From Naegleria gruberi (lineage: Eukaryota), in assembly GCA_000004985.1 (NCBI GenBank), contig GG738864.1: a stretch of DNA of 64,000 bases. The stretch is one strand, 5' to 3'. Both the position numbers and the translations under genes were made by a program. The notes beneath the pieces were generated by a model, which saw nothing but the letters and a program-made list of their open reading frames with translations, ran no database searches and had not been told where the DNA came from. Below are positions 56,255 to 64,000 of the stretch, one piece after another (the stretch's first letter is position 1; each line of letters begins with the position of its first letter).

Positions 56255-58615
56255 TTAAACAATTTGTGCAGCTGTTTTTGGATGTAAATTTGCTTGATTT
56301 GGATCAACAGTTTCTAATTCTTCACCATGATAAACATATTTAACATTTGAAACATCAATAGGTGGAATATATTTATCAAATCCATTTCTGTAATCATTAA
56401 TAGATTTTTCACCATTTTTAGTAATATAATTTGGATGTCTAAATCTAGGACAACAAAAATATTTTTGTACAAAATTAGTACCAGTTGTAAAGAAATGAAT
56501 AATTAAATAAATAATATAAAGTAAAAATGCAGAAAAGAAACAAATATGATAAGGAGTAATAATAGAAAGTACAGGTTGACTAGTATTTGATGGATCATAA
56601 TTTAAACTTATTGTAAAGTAAATTCTTGTAATTGACATTAAAATATATCTTATTAAAAATGCAATTGATAAAAAATTGAGTGCAGTAGGTGATAACAAGT
56701 CAACTTCTTTACCTTCAGCTCTATAAATTTTTAAAATATTAAATTTATCAACAAAATAACATGCCATTAATCCACCTGTTATTATAAATAATGATACTGG
56801 AAATAATCCACTAAATACAATACCAATAAACATATTTTTTAATTGATATGAATATCTATCTATATATATTTATATTTATATTAAAATTAAATTAAAAAAT
56901 AAATTAAAAAATATTAAAATATTAAAATATTAAAATGATAAAATTTAAAAAAAAACATACATTCATAAGAATAAACAGGTGGTTCATGTGCCTTATTTAA
57001 ATCTTCTTGTGTAACACTTGTTGCAATTCTATATCTTTTTAAAAAATAATGATAAATTCCTAATAAGGCATCCTTAATAGTATTTGATGCAACACTTGTA
57101 CATGTTACAAAAAATAATGAACTGTACCATGCTGAACTTTCAACTAGAATTGGAATATTAGCATTACCAATTGTAAATGCTCCTTTTGGTATAATAACAC
57201 TATTATCTGTCATTTCAGAATAATAACTGCCAACTGTCGGTGATGTTAAATATACAAATAAATAGGCTATTGTTGTTAAGAAGGAACCAAATGTTACTTT
57301 CATCATTAAACTTTGTTTAGCATTTAATTGAAAACGATGTTTTTCAAAATTAGATAATACTATTATTATTGTAATATTATTGTAAAGTATTTAATATTTA
57401 ATATTAAATAAAACTTACAATATAAAATATAGGTCATTACTTGTACAAGAATAAAAACCAAAACTGACAATCCGAGACTCGCAAAAATTTGCCAATTTTG
57501 GAAGGAAGGATTTTCAATCCAATCAGAAATGGAAATACTTGAAAATTTGTCCTTTTTCAAAACTTCTAAAACAACAGCTACTGCAACCACTGCACCTGAA
57601 AATAGTACTGTTGCTAAAAATGATACTGAACGTCTACTATATTTGGAAATTACTGAATATTCTCTAAAAATATTAAAAATAAATATAAAATAAATATAAA
57701 ATAAATATTTAAATTAAATTAAAAATAACATACAAATTTTCCCAAATAATATCATGAGGTTCATGTGCAGGTTCAACTCTAATTCTATGTTTCTTTTTAG
57801 AATAAGTACCAGATTTAGAACAAATTCTCTGAATCATTGGTCTATTAAATGTATGAAGACATTTAAATCTAGACTTTTCATTTTCAAATGCTGAATTCAT
57901 TACCATTTTAATAATAAAATAAATATTAAAATAAATATAAAAATATAAAAATATAAAAATAAATATAAATATTAAATATATAAATATATAAAGATATAAA
58001 TAACATACTAATAAAAGCATCACCTGTACATCTATAAGCTTTCTTTCTCATACTTTTAGCAATATCTTTTTGAATAAAATTTAAATAAATTGAAAAGTAA
58101 ATTCTCTTAATTTTTTCAATTAAAACAAAACAACCACCTCTACTAATTACAATATCACATTTTTCAATTTCCTTAATTAGTTCATCTTTCTTTTTTATAG
58201 ATTTACTTATATCACCACAATCTAAGGCTAGTGCAATATTATCTAATTTACCAAATTTACTAAAATGTTTATATAATCGTTTTTTACCATGTGCTGCTTC
58301 TGTTGATGGTAAATCACGAATATGTACTCTAATTATTATTAAATATTATTTAAATAGTATATATATGGTAATATTTAAATAATATTATATTTAAATAATT
58401 TAATTATATTTAATAAATTAAAAAATAAAACTAACTACTTACGAATAATCAGCTACTGAAATAGTTCTCTTTGCAACTTTATCATTAATTCTATTAGTTA
58501 TCCAAAAAAGGAAACGTAAATAAACAATAGAAAATAAAGCAATTACAACTTCAAGAGTACCAAATGCAATATTAACACCACCACTTGCATTTAAATCATA
58601 GTTAGCCATACTCAT
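56255..58615 (-). CDS. OSCA/TMEM63/CSC1-type (DUF221) stress-gated cation channel; at least 6 exons
   Basis: Exon 1 58615-58443 (MSMANYDLNASGGVNIAFGTLEVVIALFSIVYLRFLFWITNRINDKVAKRTISVADYS, i.e. TM0). Introns on the plus strand are 58329-58442, 57891-58008, 57664-57733, 57360-57418 and 56860-56960 (donors GTAAGT/GTATGT). Exons 58328-58009 (cytosolic domain ...GDAFI), 57890-57734 (TFENEKSRF...RIRVEPAHEPHDIIWENL, the PHM7_cyt hallmark), 57663-57419, 57359-56961 and 56859-56255 (7TM region ...FIGIVFSGLFPVSLFIITGG...). The ORF-track ORF 57709-58023 reads through an intron. Confidence 0.7.
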
Positions 58616-59122
58616 TTGAAAAAATGTTGAAGGATTAGTTTTCTTTATAAATATTAAATATTATTGTAAAATATATTATTAAATATATTATTATTAAATA
58701 TAAACATACTTGTGCATAAAAATACAAATAAGGAGCGTGTAAAGCAGATAAAATTACAAAAAATATAACAATTAATAAACTAATATATAAATATAACATG
58801 GATGATCTACCCAATGATGTTAATTTCCAAAATGGTGTACATAGAAATGAATATTTCTTTTTACTTTTAGAATTTGTCTATTATTAAATATTATTAAATA
58901 TTATTCATGATGTTAAATAGTGTTTGACATTTGATTATTAATAATGATGATAATAATAATGATGTTAATGATGATGATGAAAATAATGACATACATAGTA
59001 CATCCGATTGCCATATTCTCTGGCATGTTTTTTATTTAACGTGCCAGATAATGTCATTTTTTTTGTAGTGAAAATGAAAATTAATTCGTTGGCAGCTGAC
59101 AAGTGACAGTTCTAAGAACGAA

Positions 59123-59228
59123 NNNNNNNNNNNNNNNNNNNNNNNNNNNNNNNNNNNNNNNNNNNNNNNNNNNNNNNNNNNNNNNNNNNNNNNNNNNNNN
59201 NNNNNNNNNNNNNNNNNNNNNNNNNNNN
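59123..59228. other. Assembly gap (106 N)
   Basis: Run of n in the sequence. Confidence 0.95.
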
Positions 59229-59692
59229 TTTGATGATGATTGTTGAGTAATAATATTTTGATTATTAATCATTTTTTTTTTGTAATTAATATTTACATAT
59301 TATTGTAATTGAAAACAAACACTTTTTATTTTGTAATAATTACATATTACTAATTGAATTTGAGATTTAACTAATACATATAGATTGGAAATTATTAAGA
59401 AATACTTTTAGTTTGAAATATGACATTGCTCATTGACGTGCATGACAATAAAAGTACCAATTTTAGAGTTTCATTTCTGTAATCCATTAAAATCTATAAT
59501 TCTATTGTACTAATCTTCAGGATTCTCAAATCCATGATCCAAATTCAAAAAATCAATCGTTAAAAAATTTCCATTCTCAAAGATGAATTTTACAATTTGT
59601 ATCAAACATGTCAGACTCAAAAATAGTCAATTACTAATTTAGAGTGTTTAAGCATTATTGGCAACTGACATGAATACCTTATCAATCGCACT

Positions 59693-61877
59693 ATGGTAAT
59701 TAAAAAACTTTTCAACATGCACACTCCTCCAACAACCTTCATCATATTTCATAAACAATTCAAAAAAAATCAACACAATATGACAACACCACTTATATTA
59801 CATCACCAAGAGAAACAACATTTTAGAGCAACAGCAGCAGTTATAAGAATTATTGTAATATTTTCATGTATTTTATTTTTTTTATCTCTATTAGTTCAAT
59901 GTAGTAGTGATAATGATCTTTATGAAACTCAACTATTTAATAGAATATATAATACTAATTTTATGTGGTTACAAAATGTTGAATCATCTTCGTCATCATA
60001 TATATCATCATCATATCAATCATTATCTCTTGATATGAACTATCAAAATAATTCAACATTAAATTCAACATCATCTTTAAATTATGGTGATTGTAATCCA
60101 ATATTATTTGAATTGGGTAATTTTAGTAGAGATGGTACAAATGTAATGTATTCAATATGTCCAGATACATGGTTGACTCCTGCTGTTTCAATTGTATTTT
60201 TAACAGGTTATTTAATTGCATTGTTATTGTGTGGAATATTTTTATTCCTCAAAAGGAAATCACCACATGTTAAAGCTAGAAATTTATCATATATGGTAAT
60301 GACTATTTTATCTAATTCTGGATTTATTATTATTATTTGTTTAAGATTTATTATAGGTAGAAGAATATATCCATGTTCTATATATATTTTATCCTATTTT
60401 ATTATTCCACCTGGTATTTTATTACCTTCCATATTTAGATTATGGAGATTGTATTTCATGTATAAGGAAAATTTACAAAAAATGAAAATGAATGAATATA
60501 AAAAGGATGAAAAAATTACAACTACTAATAATAATCAATTATCTCAAATTTCAAATAATACTACTACTAATACAACTACTAATACAATTAGTTCACTTTC
60601 GAATAAGAAAATAAATTCATCCTCATCTAACAATTTAACCTATGATAATGATACAGAAAGTACAGATGATACAAATTCATATTGGAATGATTATGAATTG
60701 GAATTTAAAAAACATGAAAAACTTCATAAATTATATTCCTTTCTATTAAGTAACAAATTTGTAATAGTTTCCTATTTAGTATCATTTTGTTTACATATAT
60801 TACTATTTATAATATTAGGTTCAATTGAGGAAGGTATTTACAGTAGAGATTCATCAAAGCCTAGAGTTTTTTTAGGTGATGGCGGATTTTTTGTATCAAC
60901 TCGTGGTTGTGTTATTAATAATTCAATTGTAATAATTTTGGCGGTAGAAGCTATTTTCTACATTGTAGTGGAAATTGTATTCCTAGTATTGAGTTTTATT
61001 ACACCGAGAGATACTTGGTTTATTAAGAGAGAAACATTGGTTTTAATTACTTTACAATTTTTAGCAATTATTTTATTTGCAATTTGTGGATTTTTAGATG
61101 CTATTGCTAATTTTACAGATTATTTTGTTCCATTTGGATTTGTTTTAATGACCTATTCATTTGTGGAAGTTATTGTTTGTGTTTTATTTCCAATTTTAGT
61201 ATATTCTAATGGGAAAATTAAAAATGGAAAGGATTCTGAATTGGAACAATTTTTAATGAATAAGAGAACTTTTACAATTTTACTTGATTTTGCAAGAAGA
61301 AGGTTTGTTTATTTAAATTAATTTTATTTAATTTATGTATTTTAATTTTTTTTTTAATTTAAATTAATTTATATTTTTAATTTAATTTAAAATAGTTATT
61401 GTCCAGAATCAGTATTATGTTATAGAGATATAGAAAGATATAAATTAACAAGTAAAAAGAATAGAAAGAAAGCAGCATTAAAAATTACAAAAACCTATTT
61501 AAAAACAGGTTCACCATTAGAATTAAATTTTCCAAAATTGAATCAAACATTTGAAGAATATTCACAAATAATTAATAATTCCAATAATAATCAATCATTA
61601 TTAGAAACTAGTTTATTTGAATCAATTCAATTACATTGTCTAGATGATATGAGAGATGTATTCGATCGATTGAAAAATCAAAGTAAGGAAACTAGAAATA
61701 TTTTAGAACAATGGAAATTACAACAACAATTAAAGGAAATGGATGATATTAATATTAATATGAATAATAATAATAGTACTACTATTACAATGCAACAACA
61801 ATTTGAAGATGACTCATATTTACCAAATGTAGAATCAATTGATTTATCAAATATTAATAATAATCAAAATAGTCTTN
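59693..61877 (+). CDS. Second 7TM-RGS receptor (paralog of 48134-50253, opposite orientation); 3' end lost in a scaffold gap
   Basis: Exon 1 59693-61302 (same ectodomain motif CNPILFELGNFSRDGTNVMYSICPDTWLTP, 7 TM helices, ...LEQFLMNKRTFTILLDFARRR). A 93-nt intron 61303-61395 (AG|GTTTGT..AAAATAG, same phase-2 position as the paralog). Exon 2 from 61396 (S-YCPESVLCYRDIERYKLTSKKNRKKAALKITKTYL...FESIQLHCLDDMRDVFDRLKNQ...) runs into N at 61878. The start may instead be the internal ATG (MTTPLILHHQ...). Confidence 0.65.
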
Positions 61878-62504
61878 NNNNNNNNNNNNNNNNNNNNNNN
61901 NNNNNNNNNNNNNNNNNNNNNNNNNNNNNNNNNNNNNNNNNNNNNNNNNNNNNNNNNNNNNNNNNNNNNNNNNNNNNNNNNNNNNNNNNNNNNNNNNNNN
62001 NNNNNNNNNNNNNNNNNNNNNNNNNNNNNNNNNNNNNNNNNNNNNNNNNNNNNNNNNNNNNNNNNNNNNNNNNNNNNNNNNNNNNNNNNNNNNNNNNNNN
62101 NNNNNNNNNNNNNNNNNNNNNNNNNNNNNNNNNNNNNNNNNNNNNNNNNNNNNNNNNNNNNNNNNNNNNNNNNNNNNNNNNNNNNNNNNNNNNNNNNNNN
62201 NNNNNNNNNNNNNNNNNNNNNNNNNNNNNNNNNNNNNNNNNNNNNNNNNNNNNNNNNNNNNNNNNNNNNNNNNNNNNNNNNNNNNNNNNNNNNNNNNNNN
62301 NNNNNNNNNNNNNNNNNNNNNNNNNNNNNNNNNNNNNNNNNNNNNNNNNNNNNNNNNNNNNNNNNNNNNNNNNNNNNNNNNNNNNNNNNNNNNNNNNNNN
62401 NNNNNNNNNNNNNNNNNNNNNNNNNNNNNNNNNNNNNNNNNNNNNNNNNNNNNNNNNNNNNNNNNNNNNNNNNNNNNNNNNNNNNNNNNNNNNNNNNNNN
62501 NNNN
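61878..62504. other. Assembly gap (627 N)
   Basis: Run of n. ORF-track entries spanning it (61538-62521, 61839-62597, 61864-62517) are artefacts of translating N. Confidence 0.95.
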
Positions 62505-62719
62505 TCCTTAGAAACAATTAAATGTTATTTACATAAAATAATTTATCAATTAAAACAATTTTCAAAATATTTACAATTATTTGATTACATTAAATAAATA
62601 CTATTCAATAAAATATTAATTTGATAAATTTAATAAAACTTAAAATAAACTTGAATTGATAAAATTAATAAAATAATAATAACTTGATAAAAATAAAAAA
62701 TTTATTTAAAAATTTATTA

Positions 62720-64000
62720 TTAATAATTAAAATTATTTCCTCTTCTACATTTTTCACTTCCTTTTTGAATAAAATCTTGTAAAATATCATCGAATGGATA
62801 ATTTAAATCAATTAAATTAAAAGTATTTAAAATAATATTACCAATTGGAGTATTTGAAATTGATAATTTAACAATATGATTATTATTTCTACTTATTAGT
62901 AAATTAATTTCAGTTTTAAATTCTCTTTCAAATAATTGTAATGTATTAATTGTCCATTCTTCACAATGTATTCCATTTATATTTTTAAATCCATTAAATT
63001 TAATTGAATAAATTTCATTTTTAATTTCTTTTAATTTTAATTCTAATGGAATTTGTAATAAATGTAATTGACTTGATAAAATTGAACATTTATCATTGGT
63101 TATTAAATATACTGATAAAAATTTTGTAAAATAATTTGGTAATATTATAAATTCAAATATTTTTGTAGAATTTTCATTTTCTATATTTGCATATAATTTC
63201 CTTTTTAGGTAATCCATTATTAAATAACCTTCAAATTTATGTACATTTCCATTTTGATCATTTTCAATTTTAATTTTTGTAAAAAATGATGATTTTACAA
63301 TAGGTTCAATAGTTGTATTTAAATTTTGTTTAATTTCCTTTTCACATTGATTTCCATTTATAGAAAAATCAATTGGTGCTAATCCTAAAGAACCAATTGC
63401 TAATAATTTTAATGATTTTTTATCAATTAAACCAATTGATCTTCCTAATATATCTGAAAATAATAAATTATTTAATTTATATTTAAAAATATTTTTAAAA
63501 ATATTAATTTTATAAATTATTTTACCTAAATTAGAAATATCACCACCATTAAAAAATACTAATTGATATTCATTATTTTCAAATTCATTTAAATTACAAA
63601 TTTTAATTTCTAAATTATTTTCTTTAATATGAACAAATATTTCAATTGGTTGATAAATTAAATTATTACCTTCCATTTTTGAAATTAATGAATATTTTAA
63701 ATTATTATTTATATTATTTATATTATTTAAATTATTTAAATTTAAATTATAATCTAAAATAGAAATTAAACATTGACCAATTCTATTTTTACCATTATCT
63801 TTATAATCATGTATAATTAAAGATCTACCAATTAAATCAATTAAATTTAATTTAGTATTATTATGTGAATATAAATGGAAATTAATTATATTATTAACTT
63901 TTAATTGATCTGAAATTGAATATAAATCAATTGTTGCACCTAAATCTTCATTTCCATTTTTAGAATTAAATAATAATTGTGAAGATAATAAATGTCCACC
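62720..64000 (-). CDS. Hypothetical Asn-rich protein, 3' part; the ORF continues upstream beyond the window end
   Basis: The ORF 62720-63676 extends without a stop to position 64000 (...GGHLLSSQLLFNSKNGNEDLGATIDLYSISDQ...LIGRSLIIHDYKDNGKNRIGQCLIS...EYQLVFFNGGDISNLGKIIY...LLAIGSLGLAPIDFSING...). There are weak hints of an actin-like/sugar-kinase (ASKHA) fold. This is not relied on. Confidence 0.45.
   Translation of the reverse strand, partial: GGHLLSSQLLFNSKNGNEDLGATIDLYSISDQLKVNNIINFHLYSHNNTKLNLIDLIGRSLIIHDYKDNGKNRIGQCLISILDYNLNLNNLNNINNINNNLKYSLISKMEGNNLIYQPIEIFVHIKENNLEIKICNLNEFENNEYQLVFFNGGDISNLGKIIYKINIFKNIFKYKLNNLLFSDILGRSIGLIDKKSLKLLAIGSLGLAPIDFSINGNQCEKEIKQNLNTTIEPIVKSSFFTKIKIENDQNGNVHKFEGYLIMDYLKRKLYANIENENSTKIFEFIILPNYFTKFLSVYLITNDKCSILSSQLHLLQIPLELKLKEIKNEIYSIKFNGFKNINGIHCEEWTINTLQLFEREFKTEINLLISRNNNHIVKLSISNTPIGNIILNTFNLIDLNYPFDDILQDFIQKGSEKCRRGNNFNY

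Noticed and set aside
57709-58023. ORF-track ORF MMLLLVCYLYLYIFIY... (104 aa)
   Set aside because: Its N-terminal half is a stop-free translation of an AT-repeat intron of the OSCA gene. Only the C-terminal part (FENEKSRF...DIIWENL) is exon.
61538-62597. ORFs running through the X tract (61538-62521, 61839-62597, 61864-62517)
   Set aside because: They are translations of the N assembly gap.
1-64000. CRISPR arrays, prokaryotic operons or defence islands, IS elements and integrases
   Set aside because: None are present. The window is eukaryotic nuclear DNA with spliced genes. The only short tandem repeats are coding microsatellites and AT-rich intronic repeats.

Overview
This window is nuclear DNA from an AT-rich eukaryote, not a prokaryote. 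Coding density is high, introns are tiny GT-AG introns (about 38-120 nt, donors mostly GTAAGT/GTATGT/GTGAGT), intergenic DNA is A/T-rich, and Asn/Thr/Gln homopolymer runs are common. The style resembles an amoebozoan or dictyostelid-like genome; this is inference from sequence style only. I can support about 45 protein-coding genes on both strands, many with introns that I re-derived by hand. The supplied ORF track uses alternative start codons and reads through introns, so several of its ORFs are fragments or artefacts. The recognisable genes are: two S10 serine carboxypeptidase paralogs (one with an EGF domain and a TM anchor), a bacterial-type Maa/LacA hexapeptide acetyltransferase (intronless), a METTL2/6/8-like methyltransferase, an Asterix/WDR83OS homolog, an actin-related protein, an RRM protein, a DUF4116-repeat protein, an MBL-fold protein, an EngB GTPase, ATG10, a WD40 protein, CSN5 (JAMM), Bud32/TP53RK, UFC1, HIBCH, a Derlin, a NADAR protein, an RWD+CHY zinc-finger protein, an OSCA/TMEM63-type channel, an RCC1-like gene, and two inverted 7TM-RGS (GPCR fused to an RGS domain) paralogs. 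There are also tRNA-Asp(GUC), tRNA-Gln(UUG) and two assembly gaps (N runs). No CRISPR array, prokaryotic defence locus or obvious transposon ORF is present. The most unusual locus is an atypically long 482-nt, GC-richer intron of the RCC1-like gene (51713-52194). Its two exon-intron boundaries carry an 18-bp inverted repeat (17/18 bp). Its interior is strongly structured and, on the gene's strand, has Alu-domain-like topology, a GGAAGGAAGCA motif identical to the SRP-RNA helix-8 core, and a T9 terminator. It is therefore a candidate intron-embedded SRP-like ncRNA and/or a MITE/introner-derived intron. The second highlight is the inverted pair of 7TM-RGS receptor genes.
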